Source: Bdellovibrionales bacterium
GTDB taxonomy: Bacteria; Bdellovibrionota; Bdellovibrionia; Bdellovibrionales; UBA840
NCBI GenBank assembly: GCA_037969075.1
Contig: JBBKWS010000040.1
Coordinates: 1-31,481, forward strand
Reading direction: 5' to 3'
DNA: 31,481 bases
Every line of letters starts with the position of its first letter. Position 1 is the stretch's first letter. Positions 7,859 through 18,926 of the stretch are shown piece by piece. The position numbers were made by a program, and so were the translations under genes. A model generated the notes under the pieces. It was not told the origin of the DNA, did no database searches, and saw nothing but the letters and a program-made list of their open reading frames with translations.

Positions 7859-9239
7859 GGATCGAACGTTTAAGCGCCGATAGAGCAGCCTCTTTTACTG
7901 CCTCACTTAGTGTTGGGTGTGCATGACTTGTAATGCCGATATCCTCACTAGAAGCAAAGTACTCCATAGCAAGACCCGCTTCTGCAATCAGTTCAGATGC
8001 CATCGGACCAATAATATGGATTCCTAATATTCTGTCAGTTTCTTTATGTGCAAGTACTTTAACAAACCCAACCGCTTCGCCTGATGCAATGGCTCTACCA
8101 TTGGCAGAGAAATTAAATTTACCTACATTAAATGGGATATTGTTTTCTTTTAATTGCTCTTCAGTTTTTCCAACACTTGCTACCTCTGGAAATGTGTAAA
8201 TTACACTTGGAATGGCATCATAATTTATATGGCTAGGCTTCCCTGCAATTATTTCTGCGCAGGCTACACCTTCGTCTTCGGCCTTATGTGCAAGCATCAT
8301 CCCGCCGATTACATCTCCGATGGCATAAATGCCAGGAACATTTGTCTGCCAATGCTTATCTACAGTAATAAACCCACGCTTATCTAATTCAATACCTACT
8401 GCTTCTAAACCAAGCCCCTGCGTGTATGGGCCACGTCCGATAGCTACTAAACAATAATCTGTTGTATACTCTAAGATTTTTCCATCTTTAGTTTTTGCTT
8501 TTAGATTAACTTTTTTACCCTTAACACTACCATCAGTAACGCCCGTTCCAAACTGAAATACCATTCCAATTTCTTCTAAGCTTTTTTGCAATTGTTTTTG
8601 CACCTGCTTATCCGCTCCTGGAATGACGACATCGCCAAACTCGATCACTGTAACTTTAGTGCCAAGTCTTGCCCAAACAGACCCCATCTCGACACCGATC
8701 ACACCAGCACCAATCACGACCATCTCTTTAGGGATTTCTTGTAACTCTAGTGCTTCGGTTGAAGAAACAATTCTTTGATTATCAAAGCTTACACCTTTTA
8801 AATCATTTGGCTTTGAGCCAGTAGCTATCAAAATGTTTTTAGCAGTATACGATTGGCCAGCAACATCAACCGTCGTGGCATTCACAATTTTTCCATGCCC
8901 TTCAAGTCTAGTGATTTTATTTTTTTTCATTAAAAAATCGATACCACCGACGTTCTTTTTAACTACTTCATTCTTTCTCTCCATCATCTTACCTAAATTA
9001 ATTTTGATGGAACCAACTTCTAAGCCATGCTCAGAAAAATGATGTTTAGCCTGCCAATAATGCTCGGTAGATTTCAATAATGCTTTCGAAGGAATACATC
9101 CAACATTTAAACACGTGCCCCCTAATGTAGAGCGTTTTTCAATAATAGCTACGTTCATCCCTAGCTGTGAGGCACGAATGGCAGCGACATATCCACCAGG
9201 ACCCGCACCAACTACTATAAGATCAAAGGCATTTGACAT
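7848..9239 (-). CDS. lpdA: Dihydrolipoyl dehydrogenase (E3)
   Basis: GAGPGGY, GGTCLNVGCIPSK, GAGVIG.E, LAHKA and HAHPTLSE motifs. Confidence 0.97.
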   Translation of the reverse strand: MSNAFDLIVVGAGPGGYVAAIRASQLGMNVAIIEKRSTLGGTCLNVGCIPSKALLKSTEHYWQAKHHFSEHGLEVGSIKINLGKMMERKNEVVKKNVGGIDFLMKKNKITRLEGHGKIVNATTVDVAGQSYTAKNILIATGSKPNDLKGVSFDNQRIVSSTEALELQEIPKEMVVIGAGVIGVEMGSVWARLGTKVTVIEFGDVVIPGADKQVQKQLQKSLEEIGMVFQFGTGVTDGSVKGKKVNLKAKTKDGKILEYTTDYCLVAIGRGPYTQGLGLEAVGIELDKRGFITVDKHWQTNVPGIYAIGDVIGGMMLAHKAEDEGVACAEIIAGKPSHINYDAIPSVIYTFPEVASVGKTEEQLKENNIPFNVGKFNFSANGRAIASGEAVGFVKVLAHKETDRILGIHIIGPMASELIAEAGLAMEYFASSEDIGITSHAHPTLSEAVKEAALSALKRSIHGA

Positions 9240-9240
9240 A

Positions 9241-10476
9241 CTACACCTCTAGTAGAAGACGAGTTGGGTCTTCTATCATTTCTTTGATTTTTACTAAAAA
9301 CGCTACCGACTGCGCACCATCAATCACCCTGTGGTCATAAGAGAGTGCAACATACATCATAGGACGAGCGACAATTTGTCCTTCAATCACTACGGCCCTT
9401 TGCTCAATCTTATGAAGACCAAGAATACCGGTTTGTGGAGGGTTTAATATAGGCGTAGAAAGAAGAGAGCCAAATACCCCGCCATTAGAAACGGTAAAAC
9501 CACCGCCTTCCATTTCATCAATGCTAAGAGTTCCCTCTTTCGCTTTGTTGCCATAATATTTTATTGATTTTTCAATATCGGCTAAAGACAATAGATCGGC
9601 ATTACGAACCACTGGGACCACCAATCCTTTTGGAGAAGATACCGCTACAGAAACATCATAATAATTTCTCTGAATAATATCTTGCCCATCAATATAAGAA
9701 TTAACTGCTGGAAATGATTTTAAAGCCTCAACTGTTGCCTTCAAAAAAAATGACATGAAACCTAACTTGATACCATGCTTTTTTTCAAAACTTTCTTTGT
9801 AATGCTCTCTTACATCCATAACACCAGACATATCAATTTCATTAAACGTTGTTAATATAGCTGCCGTATGCTGGGCCATTACCAATCTTGAAGCAATTTT
9901 TCTTCGAATGGATGGCATTTTTTTACGTGTTTCTCTTGGACCATCTTGTGCGTGCTTCACTTTTGGCAAATCTACACTCACGCTTGGCTTAGAACCATTT
10001 GAAGCGGGCTTACTTGTTGGTCCTTTTAAAACATCTTCTTTAGTAATTCTGCCACCACGCCCACTAGCGTCTAGATCATTTGCAGAGAGTCCTTTTTCTT
10101 CAGCCAGCTTTCTTGCTGCTGGACTAAATTTTTCTGCATCCGCTGACGACATGGCGCTTGTAGCGCCAACAGCTGGTTGCGATTGCTTCGGAGTTGTTTC
10201 ATCTTTAGTAGTTTCTTTAGCAGAGCCTGCAGGTTTTTGCGCCGATACATCGATAGAACCAACTACCGCACCAACAGGAACTGTCTCTCCGGCTTCTATT
10301 TTAATTTCAACAAGTCCGCTTTCTTCTGCTGCCAATTCAAGTGAGGCTTTATCAGAATCCAACACCAGCAAAATATCATCGCGGTTTACATAATCGCCCG
10401 ACTTCACACGCCATTCACTGATATCTACTTCTGTAATACTCTCTCCGACTGACGGTATTTTTATATCCTTAGCCAT
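9241..10476 (-). CDS. sucB: 2-oxoglutarate dehydrogenase E2, dihydrolipoyl succinyltransferase
   Basis: Single lipoyl domain (GESITE...SDKA), E3-binding domain (SPAARKLA...[10 protein letters not shown]), catalytic [10 protein letters not shown]. Confidence 0.97.
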   Translation of the reverse strand: MAKDIKIPSVGESITEVDISEWRVKSGDYVNRDDILLVLDSDKASLELAAEESGLVEIKIEAGETVPVGAVVGSIDVSAQKPAGSAKETTKDETTPKQSQPAVGATSAMSSADAEKFSPAARKLAEEKGLSANDLDASGRGGRITKEDVLKGPTSKPASNGSKPSVSVDLPKVKHAQDGPRETRKKMPSIRRKIASRLVMAQHTAAILTTFNEIDMSGVMDVREHYKESFEKKHGIKLGFMSFFLKATVEALKSFPAVNSYIDGQDIIQRNYYDVSVAVSSPKGLVVPVVRNADLLSLADIEKSIKYYGNKAKEGTLSIDEMEGGGFTVSNGGVFGSLLSTPILNPPQTGILGLHKIEQRAVVIEGQIVARPMMYVALSYDHRVIDGAQSVAFLVKIKEMIEDPTRLLLEV

Positions 10477-10477
10477 G

Positions 10478-13249
10478 CTATAAACCTTCCCAAACTCGTT
10501 GAATTATTTTTTCTTGTTCAGCCTTGTGTCGTTTCTCAGAACCTGTAGCAGGGGACGCACTTTCTTTTCTAGCTACAATCGAAATTTTTCTACCCATCTT
10601 TTCAAATTTATTCCGGATAAAGTACCATGCACCCATATTCTCAGGCTCTTCTTGCACCCACATCAATTGTACTGACGCAGAGTACTCACCTAAAATCTTT
10701 TCTAACTTTTCTTTATTTAACGGATACAGCTGCTCGATCCTTACAATTCCAACTCCCTCTGACTTAAGTTCTTCTCTTCTCTCCGACAGGTCGTAATAAA
10801 TTTTCCCAGTACAAAAAACTAGTTTCTGCACTCTTGTAGGGCTCAGAGTATCAGGAATCAATTCTTGAAACTCACCCGTAGCCAAATCGTCAAAGTTAGA
10901 AACTACACTTGGATGACGAAGTAGTGACTTTGGTGACATGATAATTAATGGAATCCTAAAGTTTCTTAATACTTGTCTGCGCATCACATGAAACAATTGC
11001 GCCGGCGTGGTTAAGTTAGCAACCTGAATATTATTTTCAGCAGCCATTTGTAAAAACCTTTCTAATCTTGCACTTGAATGCTCGGGCCCTTGTCCCTCAT
11101 AGGCGTGAGGAAGTAACATCACTAACCCACTATTGCGCTGCCACTTAGACTCAGAACTAGTAATAAACTGATCTATGATCACTTGTGCCCCGTTTGCAAA
11201 GTCACCAAATTGCGCCTCCCAAATCGTTAAACAAGTTGGGGTCGCGGTAGAGTATCCGTATTCAAAACCTAACACACCTGACTCAGACAAGAGCGAGTCA
11301 TAAATCGCTAATTTCTCTTGTTTCTCTAAAATATGATTCATTGGAATATAACGCTCTTCTGTCGACTCATCATACCAAACTGCATGACGATGAGAAAAGG
11401 TACCGCGTCTAACATCTTGCCCAGTCATTCTTACAGGATAATTTTCGATAAGAAGGGACGCATAAGCGATATTCTCAACCATACCCCAATCCATTGGTTT
11501 TTTACCTTCAGCCATATCCCAGCGATCTTTAAGCAGACGCTTTAATTTTTGCACTGGCTTAAACTGAGAAGGAAGGCTTGCTAAGTGCTTTGCAATATCT
11601 TGTAAATGATCTTTATTTACACCCGTCTTGATAGGTTTAAAAATATCTTTTTCTGTAGGAACAATATAGCCGTCCCACAAACCTTTCATATGTTGCACGT
11701 GCATGTCTGGTACATTTACTCTGACTTCGTCTAAATATCCATTTAGATGATTTTTAAAATCCTCAGTAATTCTTTCTGCGTCAGATCTTTCTATGGATTT
11801 ATCCGCTATTAATTTATCAGCATACAGTTCTGCAGGAGATTTTTCTTTATCAATGATTTTGTACATTGTTGGCTGAGTGAACCTTGGCTCGTCTGATTCA
11901 TTGTGCCCATATTTTCTATAACAAATAATATCTACAACTACATCGATTGCAAATTTTTGACGAATTTCAATTGCCATGTGCATCACATGCACCACTGCTT
12001 CTGCATCATTACCGTTTACATGAAAAATAGGAACCTCTAACATTTTCATAATATCAGAGCAATACATGGTTGATCTAGAATCTCTTGGATGCGTCGTAAA
12101 TCCAACTTGATTATTCACTACAATATGAATGGTTCCACCGGTTTTAAATCCCTCAAGCTGACTCATATTAATAGTTTCGTAAATTGTACCTTGTCCTGCA
12201 AAGGCAGCATCTCCGTGAATAGCAACAGGTAAAACCTTTGTTCTGTCAGATGCAAATTTTGTATCTTGCTTGCTGCGAGCGATGCCTTCAAGAACCGGGT
12301 GTACAAATTCAAGGTGTGACGGATTAGGGCAAAGAGACACGTGCACATGGTTACCTGACGGAGTAACTCTGTCTGATGAAAAACCTAAATGATATTTTAC
12401 GTCCCCATCTCCAGGAACATTTGTGGGTAAAAAACCACCCTCAAACAAGCCAAACATATCTGAATATGGTGTCTTGAGTACATTTACTAAGACATTCAAT
12501 CGACCACGATGTGCCATTCCAATCACAATGTCCTTTAAGCCAAGACTTCCGCCGTAATCTAAAAGACTTTCAAGTGCCGGGATTAATGCGGTTCCACCCT
12601 CTAAAGAAAATCGTTTTTTACCAACATATTTTGTATTGATAAAAGACTCAAAGGTCTCGGCATGGATTAAGTCTTTTAGTATTTCTAATTTATCATCTTT
12701 TTTTAAATTGATCTGATTGCCGTTTGGTTCCATCAACTCTTGGATCCAAGATACCAACGGTTCATTACTAATATATTTGTACTCGACCCCAATACTTCCG
12801 CAATACGTAGTTTCTAGATGAGAAATTATATCTTTTAATTTTGTGGACGCAGCACCAACGCTACCTGCTTCTGGAAAAATTTTATCTAAGTCTTTTTCAG
12901 TAAGCCCCCAACGTTTGGGATCAAGAGTAGATTTATCTCTAAGACTAGGGTGAAGCGGATTTGTGTTTGCAAACAAGTGCCCAAGTTTTCTGTAGGCCTC
13001 AATCAAACTAACAACTGACGAATCACCGACCATTGGCGCACTTAAAGTTTTACTTGATGTCCCCTGGTAGACATCGGCTACATCGACATGAATACTTTTA
13101 GGAGTAACATCTGGGAGCTGAGCATATTCAAAGCCTCTAAAGAAGTTCTTCCAAGATGGATCAACCGCCTCTGGGTTTTTAAGGTACAATTCGTAAAGAT
13201 CTTCAATGACTTCTGGAGATGGACTATCGATAAAGTTAAAGTCTTTCAT
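10478..13249 (-). CDS. sucA: 2-oxoglutarate dehydrogenase E1
   Basis: [49 protein letters not shown] and [16 protein letters not shown] motifs. Confidence 0.98.
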   Translation of the reverse strand: MKDFNFIDSPSPEVIEDLYELYLKNPEAVDPSWKNFFRGFEYAQLPDVTPKSIHVDVADVYQGTSSKTLSAPMVGDSSVVSLIEAYRKLGHLFANTNPLHPSLRDKSTLDPKRWGLTEKDLDKIFPEAGSVGAASTKLKDIISHLETTYCGSIGVEYKYISNEPLVSWIQELMEPNGNQINLKKDDKLEILKDLIHAETFESFINTKYVGKKRFSLEGGTALIPALESLLDYGGSLGLKDIVIGMAHRGRLNVLVNVLKTPYSDMFGLFEGGFLPTNVPGDGDVKYHLGFSSDRVTPSGNHVHVSLCPNPSHLEFVHPVLEGIARSKQDTKFASDRTKVLPVAIHGDAAFAGQGTIYETINMSQLEGFKTGGTIHIVVNNQVGFTTHPRDSRSTMYCSDIMKMLEVPIFHVNGNDAEAVVHVMHMAIEIRQKFAIDVVVDIICYRKYGHNESDEPRFTQPTMYKIIDKEKSPAELYADKLIADKSIERSDAERITEDFKNHLNGYLDEVRVNVPDMHVQHMKGLWDGYIVPTEKDIFKPIKTGVNKDHLQDIAKHLASLPSQFKPVQKLKRLLKDRWDMAEGKKPMDWGMVENIAYASLLIENYPVRMTGQDVRRGTFSHRHAVWYDESTEERYIPMNHILEKQEKLAIYDSLLSESGVLGFEYGYSTATPTCLTIWEAQFGDFANGAQVIIDQFITSSESKWQRNSGLVMLLPHAYEGQGPEHSSARLERFLQMAAENNIQVANLTTPAQLFHVMRRQVLRNFRIPLIIMSPKSLLRHPSVVSNFDDLATGEFQELIPDTLSPTRVQKLVFCTGKIYYDLSERREELKSEGVGIVRIEQLYPLNKEKLEKILGEYSASVQLMWVQEEPENMGAWYFIRNKFEKMGRKISIVARKESASPATGSEKRHKAEQEKIIQRVWEGL

Positions 13250-13283
13250 TGGGCCCTTTTCTTTTGTAATTCAGAATGCTTAC

Positions 13284-13312
13284 ATCATAATTTCAATATC
13301 ATTCTTAGGCAA
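13284..13312 (-). promoter_or_regulatory. sigma70-type promoter of the sucA operon
   Basis: Minus strand TTGCCT-N17-TATGAT, about 35 nt upstream of the sucA ATG. Confidence 0.6.
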
Positions 13313-13422
13313 TGAATTTTATAAAAGACCTTCATCTAGAAGTGCTGATTTAATGGTTTTTTACTTTACCCAGCGCCAGTTGATTTTTACTATATTAATA
13401 GAACCCAAAAGAAAGCTAAGAG

Positions 13423-13812
13423 ATGTCGCAACTAGAGTTATGCTTCGTTCTATTAATTTTGTTTCAAATTAAGCACTTCCTTGCTGATTTTCCATTGCAA
13501 GTGAATTACATGATATTTTACAAGACCAAACCGGGTTGGGAATTTTTTGTTCCGCTTTTTCTTCACTCTCTTGTGCACTCTTTATTTACATTAGTAATCA
13601 CTCTTATCTTCGCCCCTAGTGTTTGGTGGTTGTTTTTAGTGGATTTAGGGATTCATTTTGCTATGGATAGAATTAAGTCTAGCCCCACCCTGCTTGGCAG
13701 ATTTAATGATATTACTAAGGGACCTTTTTGGTGGTGCCTAGGGTTTGATCAAATGGTGCATCATTTGACTGATTTGTTTACTATATGGATAATACTTAGC
13801 CATATTTATTAG
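13423..13812 (+). CDS. DUF3307-family small membrane protein
   Basis: HFLADFPLQ, H..VH, HF..D..K and GFDQ..H conserved His/Asp motifs in a hydrophobic 129-aa protein. Confidence 0.8.
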   Translation: MSQLELCFVLLILFQIKHFLADFPLQVNYMIFYKTKPGWEFFVPLFLHSLVHSLFTLVITLIFAPSVWWLFLVDLGIHFAMDRIKSSPTLLGRFNDITKGPFWWCLGFDQMVHHLTDLFTIWIILSHIY

Positions 13813-13838
13813 CGCAATCTGCTTATAAGGAGCTTTTA

Positions 13839-14831
13839 GTGTCTCAACCTAGCAACGGCCATATTCAAATAAAAAAAAACGACCTGTTGTTTGATGAAGG
13901 CGCTGCATCCGACGCTATGTATGTTGTTAAAAGTGGCTCAGTAAGTATTGTAAAAAAGAAGGGTAACTCAGAAATTGAATTAGCTAAAATTATGCCTGGT
14001 CAACTTTTTGGCGAAATGGCATTTTTTGATGATAAACCAAGATCTGCCGGAGCGAGAGCTTCTAAAGACGGCACTGTTGTTATTGCTCTTCCCTTCAAAT
14101 CTCTTCACGCGCAGTTTAAACAATTTCCTGAGTGGTTAAAAGCCATGGTAAAAACTGTTAACGACAACCTACGTTCGGCTAACCGTAGAATCAAAGAACT
14201 AGAACGCACTAGCTCAGAAGAAGACCAAAGATTTCCCCCTCATACAATTAATAAACTATGCGGAATTTTTGCTCTTACTGCATCTAGGTTTGCAGAAAAA
14301 GAAGACGGCGGTTTTGCACTTTCATGGAATGTTCTTAGGCGTTTTACCATTCAAGTCTTTCAAGAACCCACAAATAAAATGGAAACTTTAATAGAAATTT
14401 TAAGCGCTTTCGACATTTTAACCATAGAAAAATTAGGCGAAGGAAGAAAGAAAATTTTGATTAAAAAATTAGATTTTATGGTGGACTTTGTGGAGTTTTA
14501 TAACGAACACCTATATGCCAAAGAAGAATCCAGAGTAACCATTGAAAAGAAAGAGCTCCCAACTCTAAAAGCACTAATTTATTATGGAAACAAGGCAACG
14601 CCTGATGCCAAGGGCATGGTTAAAGTACAACTAGAGATGATAAGAAAAGAATCTGTAAAGGACTTAGATTACCTAGTAGACGTGAATCAATACGATGGTT
14701 TGATAGGTAAAAAAGTTGTGTCCGAAAAGCTTCAAGAGGCTGATGGACTATCTATCTCATTTGATCCTAAGGAACTAGGAAGACTTGTTCCGTTTTGGCA
14801 ACTCATCTATGTTATTCAAGATGCTAAATAG
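13839..14831 (+). CDS. Cyclic-nucleotide-binding (Crp/Fnr-like) protein with extended C-terminal region
   Basis: LF.EG.....MYVVKSG.V and phosphate-binding cassette FGEMAFFDDKPRSAGARA. GTG start with SD AAGGAG. Confidence 0.85.
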   Translation: MSQPSNGHIQIKKNDLLFDEGAASDAMYVVKSGSVSIVKKKGNSEIELAKIMPGQLFGEMAFFDDKPRSAGARASKDGTVVIALPFKSLHAQFKQFPEWLKAMVKTVNDNLRSANRRIKELERTSSEEDQRFPPHTINKLCGIFALTASRFAEKEDGGFALSWNVLRRFTIQVFQEPTNKMETLIEILSAFDILTIEKLGEGRKKILIKKLDFMVDFVEFYNEHLYAKEESRVTIEKKELPTLKALIYYGNKATPDAKGMVKVQLEMIRKESVKDLDYLVDVNQYDGLIGKKVVSEKLQEADGLSISFDPKELGRLVPFWQLIYVIQDAK

Positions 14832-16310
14832 TTATTTTTTCTGAAATCTAAAAGGGACAAGATCATCTTTATCGATTTTACTTTCAATATCTCGCACCAC
14901 ATGAACACGTAACGCGTTTGTTTTAGCACGACTCGCTATTGGCATGCCTAACGTTACAATTAATTTTTCACCTGGCTTTACAACCTCATACTTTAACAAC
15001 TGCGCTTCGACATGTTCCATCGCCTGCTCACCCGTCTGATACGGTGGGATACGAAGCGTATAAACACCCCATGCTAACTGTAATGGCGTAAGACCATCTT
15101 CAACATGAGTAACGCTAATCACTGGAGACTTTGGACGAAATGATGATATAAAGGTCGCCGTCTTTCCCGTGGTACTTAGACAAATAATAGCTGCAGCATC
15201 TAATTTTTTTGCAGTTACGCACGCACTCTCAGCAATGGACTCTGAAATAAAATTCCATTTTTTATTATCATTAAACTTATAAAATCCCAATTGATCTGCC
15301 TCTACTGCTAACGCAATTTCACTCATAGTTTGAATGCATTTCTCGGGATACTTTCCGCTAGCCGTTTCGGCCGAAAGCATAATCGCATCTGTCCCATCTA
15401 ACACAGCATTCGCAACATCTGTAACCTCAGCTCTTGTTGGCAGTGGGTTATCCACCATTGATTCAAGCATTTGTGTTGCAGTAATTACGGGCCGTTTCCA
15501 ATAATTTGATTCTCTGATAATCTTTTTTTGTAGACCCGGCAAAAGACTTTGACCTACCTCAGTAGCAAGGTCACCTCTTGCTACCATCACGGCATCACTT
15601 GCCCTAACAATATTAGTCAGATTTTGGATAGCTTCCAACATTTCAATTTTAGAAATAATTTTAGTGGTTTTGCCAAAATCATGGATTCGTTGTCGTAAAC
15701 TTATAATATCATTTGCTGTTCTAACAAAGCTTAAGGCTACGTAATCTACATTGTGCTCTAAACCAAACTCAAGATCTTTAATGTCCTTAGGAGTCATGCA
15801 CTCTAAACTAAGCCTGACATCAGGAACATTAATACCTTTTCTGTCACTTAGCTTACCTCCGTAAATAACTTCTGCTGTAATTTCATCTGACATGTTAGTT
15901 GAAATCACTTTTAACTCTAAAAGCCCATCATTGATTAATATGCGAGAACCCGGCTTTACATCAGAGGGTAAAGTTTTAACATCTGTTGGTATTAATTTTG
16001 CGTTACCCAAGATATCTTTAGTAGTAACAATCACTGTTGATCCTGCTACCAACTCGGCCTTTCCGCCCTCAAACTTTCCTACTCTTACTTTGGGACCTTG
16101 CAGATCCTGTAATATGGCAACCTCTACCTGAAGCTTACGACTAATGTCTTTAATGTTCTGAATTACTTTTTTATGTTGCTCATGTGTGCCATGAGAAAAA
16201 TTGAGCCTGGCTACATTCATACCCGCACGAATCAACTTTTCAAGATTTTCATACGACTCACTACTGGGACCAATTGTCGCCACGATCTTTACTTTTCTTA
16301 AAATTTGCAT
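14832..16310 (-). CDS. pyk: Pyruvate kinase
   Basis: KIVATIGP, RLNFSHG, DLQGPK.R, SKIE, MVARGDL, ATQMLESM...P.PTRAE..DVANA..DG.DA.MLS.ETA.G.YP motifs. Confidence 0.97.
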   Translation of the reverse strand: MQILRKVKIVATIGPSSESYENLEKLIRAGMNVARLNFSHGTHEQHKKVIQNIKDISRKLQVEVAILQDLQGPKVRVGKFEGGKAELVAGSTVIVTTKDILGNAKLIPTDVKTLPSDVKPGSRILINDGLLELKVISTNMSDEITAEVIYGGKLSDRKGINVPDVRLSLECMTPKDIKDLEFGLEHNVDYVALSFVRTANDIISLRQRIHDFGKTTKIISKIEMLEAIQNLTNIVRASDAVMVARGDLATEVGQSLLPGLQKKIIRESNYWKRPVITATQMLESMVDNPLPTRAEVTDVANAVLDGTDAIMLSAETASGKYPEKCIQTMSEIALAVEADQLGFYKFNDNKKWNFISESIAESACVTAKKLDAAAIICLSTTGKTATFISSFRPKSPVISVTHVEDGLTPLQLAWGVYTLRIPPYQTGEQAMEHVEAQLLKYEVVKPGEKLIVTLGMPIASRAKTNALRVHVVRDIESKIDKDDLVPFRFQKK

Positions 16311-16311
16311 A

Positions 16312-17973
16312 TTAAACTTTTGGCTTATGCGATGCTAAAGATGCCATCTCCTGTGTATGTCTATCCTGTAATCGCTGCATTTCCTCTCTGTGCTGTTTAT
16401 TAATCTCACCTAGCTTATTCTCTGAGGTAGCCTTTGTAAACTCTAATTCTCTGGCATGAGATTTTTGCAGATTTTCGACAGTGTCATGAAATCTCTTCTC
16501 TAGCCTGCTCTTGTCCACTCTGTGACCAAAAGACATCTCTTCAATCTTGGTCGCGTGATCACTTCTTTCACGTTCTTTTTCGACTGAGTATTGTTTTTCT
16601 AAGTTTTGTAGCTTTTTATTTAGCATTGTGATGGATTTATTTCTCTCTTCCATGTATTGCGCCTGAAACTCAATTTTATCTTTATTATGCGCATCTTTGG
16701 TGTCTGTTAAATTGGCCTCGTAATAGTTTACCAGATTTTTTTGTTCTTTACTGGTTTGCTCTTTTATATTTTTTATCTGTGTGTCTGTTTGCTTGTCTTG
16801 CTGATTATCTTGCAGTGCATGTATCGATTCTTTTTCACTCATTTGAATTCTATGCTTGCCCCTCATCTCGGCAATTTCATTTTGATAGTAACGTATCTTT
16901 TGATGAAGCGCCTTTTCATGTTCATCATTTTTTTCTAGTAGCGTCTTACGACTATCATTTCTCTCCGCTTGGATACCTAATTTTTTTTGCTCGTTAGCAA
17001 TCTCTAAGCTCGTCTTCATCTCTCGCCTAAGATTATTCTTTTCTAAATCGCTAAAGTTTTGCGCTTTTATCTTTTCACTTAAAGTTTTGGCTTCTGTGTC
17101 CGCCAAGTTTGTCTGCAAAGATTCAACCCTTGCATTCATTCTATTTGCTACATTTTTTCTAAAATTATCTTGTGAATTACTAGTGGAATTTAAGTTTTCT
17201 TTAAGCGCATCTTGATAGCGCATTTTTACAGTTTGCATACTATCTTTTTGATCAATATCACGTGCGGCAATAATATCATCATTAAAAGCTCTATCCCGAT
17301 CTAAAGTTCTTCTAAACGACTTTCTCATAGATTCAGCCTGTTCATTCATCCTATCTTTAAGGCTTCCAATTTCATCTTTTCTGTAGTCTCTTTCAGTGCT
17401 TAAATCTCTATCCGCATTAACCATTTGTTTTTGGTGGCCTTCATTAAGACTACCTACAATTTTCTCTTTGTCTTTAATGTATTTAGATTTTTGCGTCTCA
17501 TAACTTTCCTTCTGAGTTTCTCTGGTGTTATGCGCATAATCTCTGAAATCTTCATCCATCTTCTTAATTTCATTTTTGTAATTACTGTTTAGACGCTCCC
17601 TAGAACGAGCTTGCAATTCACTATTAGCTTTTATTTCTTGTTCAGAACTTTTTTTAGTAATTGTAACTTTTTCGCCTAAATCTTCAGCCTGATCTCTAAG
17701 GCGTTGTCTATACATGCCATTCACTTTTTCCATCTCACTTTGATGGTAACGATCTCGTTCGGACACTGTTTCTTTATGCGCCGCTTGTAACTGTTCTACT
17801 TGTGTATTGTGTTGTACTTTTGATGCTTGTGTCGCTTCATAGTTCTGCTGACGAATCCTTGCAACTTCGGCTTGATGCTTTTTTTCTCTGGACTCTAATT
17901 GCTTACGATAGTCTTCAGACTTAGAATTATTAACATTTCGAGAGTCGGATTTATCCGACGAAGATACAGCCAT
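16312..17973 (-). CDS. Long charged coiled-coil hypothetical protein
   Basis: 553-aa E/K/Q/R-rich helical sequence with Pro only at the C-terminus. Strong SD GGAGGAG. Stop lies 1 nt before the pyk ATG. Confidence 0.8.
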   Translation of the reverse strand: MAVSSSDKSDSRNVNNSKSEDYRKQLESREKKHQAEVARIRQQNYEATQASKVQHNTQVEQLQAAHKETVSERDRYHQSEMEKVNGMYRQRLRDQAEDLGEKVTITKKSSEQEIKANSELQARSRERLNSNYKNEIKKMDEDFRDYAHNTRETQKESYETQKSKYIKDKEKIVGSLNEGHQKQMVNADRDLSTERDYRKDEIGSLKDRMNEQAESMRKSFRRTLDRDRAFNDDIIAARDIDQKDSMQTVKMRYQDALKENLNSTSNSQDNFRKNVANRMNARVESLQTNLADTEAKTLSEKIKAQNFSDLEKNNLRREMKTSLEIANEQKKLGIQAERNDSRKTLLEKNDEHEKALHQKIRYYQNEIAEMRGKHRIQMSEKESIHALQDNQQDKQTDTQIKNIKEQTSKEQKNLVNYYEANLTDTKDAHNKDKIEFQAQYMEERNKSITMLNKKLQNLEKQYSVEKERERSDHATKIEEMSFGHRVDKSRLEKRFHDTVENLQKSHARELEFTKATSENKLGEINKQHREEMQRLQDRHTQEMASLASHKPKV

Positions 17974-17995
17974 ATTCTCCTCCGTGAGAATGATG
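17971..17995 (-). promoter_or_regulatory. RBS-occluding hairpin with ACGGAG loop (CsrA/RsmA-like site)
   Basis: Minus strand CATcATTCTC-ACGGAG-GAGAATATG; the stem covers part of the SD and the start codon. Confidence 0.4.
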
Positions 17996-18067
17996 TATAT
18001 AGAATAACAAATTTTCTATGTATTTAGAATCTCTAATTAATTTAAAATCGCCTTATGTAGAGTCTAG

Positions 18068-18898
18068 TTATCTAACTTTTAATGCTAAATAGGAGATTTG
18101 AAAGTTTTTTGCTATTTGATAATAAGACACTGGGTCTACAATCTCTATAACGCCTAGACGAACAGACAGGTCCTTGGCATCGATTGGCTCTAAAACAGTG
18201 GCCGTATCACAAGTGGTACGCACTAGATCTAACTTGTCTGATAAATATAAATCCCAAAACGATCTTTTTTCTTTTAAACAAACGATGGTTTTAAGTTGTA
18301 ACTGAACACTTTCTCCGCTTTTAAATGGAAAAATATATATCTTAGCAATCTTTCTATAGTCTCTAATAAAGCGCAAAACCCAAGGTCTAAACCATTCATT
18401 TAAGTTAGAGGCGTAGACAAATTCAACAAGAACACTGTCCACTGTTCGCCCAATCCATGGCAACTGCGAATCCACAACCTTATTTTTTAAACTTGCATCA
18501 TTAATAAATACAACAGTGTTCATTAATTTAGAGAAATAGTATTGCTCACTAGCAAGTTTCTTTCTTTGCTGCATAAGAATTACCTCTGTTACATCTGAGG
18601 CTCTCATAAAAAGTTTCTCAATGGACACATCTACAGGCGCTGTATCAAATGAGAATACTGAGATTTCACAATTTGGTACACAGATAAACTTCTTAAGACG
18701 CTCGTAGATCAGCGCAAACTTGTCAGCTGGAATCAGCTTATTGTATTCTGTTTCAGTAAGCTCTTCAGCAAAAAATTGGCTAAATGTAAGCTCTTGCTTC
18801 TCTATAGTTATAAAATGGCTTGGCACAATTTTAAGGTAAGATGAGTATAAAAAATAAAGAAGTATTGAGAGACTGATTACAAGAACTACTTTTTTCAT
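18068..18898 (-). CDS. Membrane-anchored protein with degenerate DsbA/thioredoxin-like C-terminal domain (no CxxC)
   Basis: N-terminal TM. PWIG...SVLVEF, Y...KIYIFPF, VCLKEKRSFWDLY and DLSVRLGV parallel the DsbA-family P..G...VTIVEF, FP, .CA.EQGKFW and A..LGV motifs. Confidence 0.5.
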   Translation of the reverse strand: MKKVVLVISLSILLYFLYSSYLKIVPSHFITIEKQELTFSQFFAEELTETEYNKLIPADKFALIYERLKKFICVPNCEISVFSFDTAPVDVSIEKLFMRASDVTEVILMQQRKKLASEQYYFSKLMNTVVFINDASLKNKVVDSQLPWIGRTVDSVLVEFVYASNLNEWFRPWVLRFIRDYRKIAKIYIFPFKSGESVQLQLKTIVCLKEKRSFWDLYLSDKLDLVRTTCDTATVLEPIDAKDLSVRLGVIEIVDPVSYYQIAKNFQISYLALKVR

Positions 18899-18926
18899 TC
18901 CTATATTATATACGGATACAGTGAGA

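Noticed and set aside
7876..10247. Other GCCGATA heptamers inside lpdA and sucB (e.g. 7876, 7935, 9576, 10241)
   Set aside because: Within coding sequence and not positioned before any supported start; they show the heptamer alone is not diagnostic.
13206..13472. 88-aa plus ORF bridging sucA and DUF3307
   Set aside because: Overlaps both flanking genes and the sucA promoter; no protein-like features.
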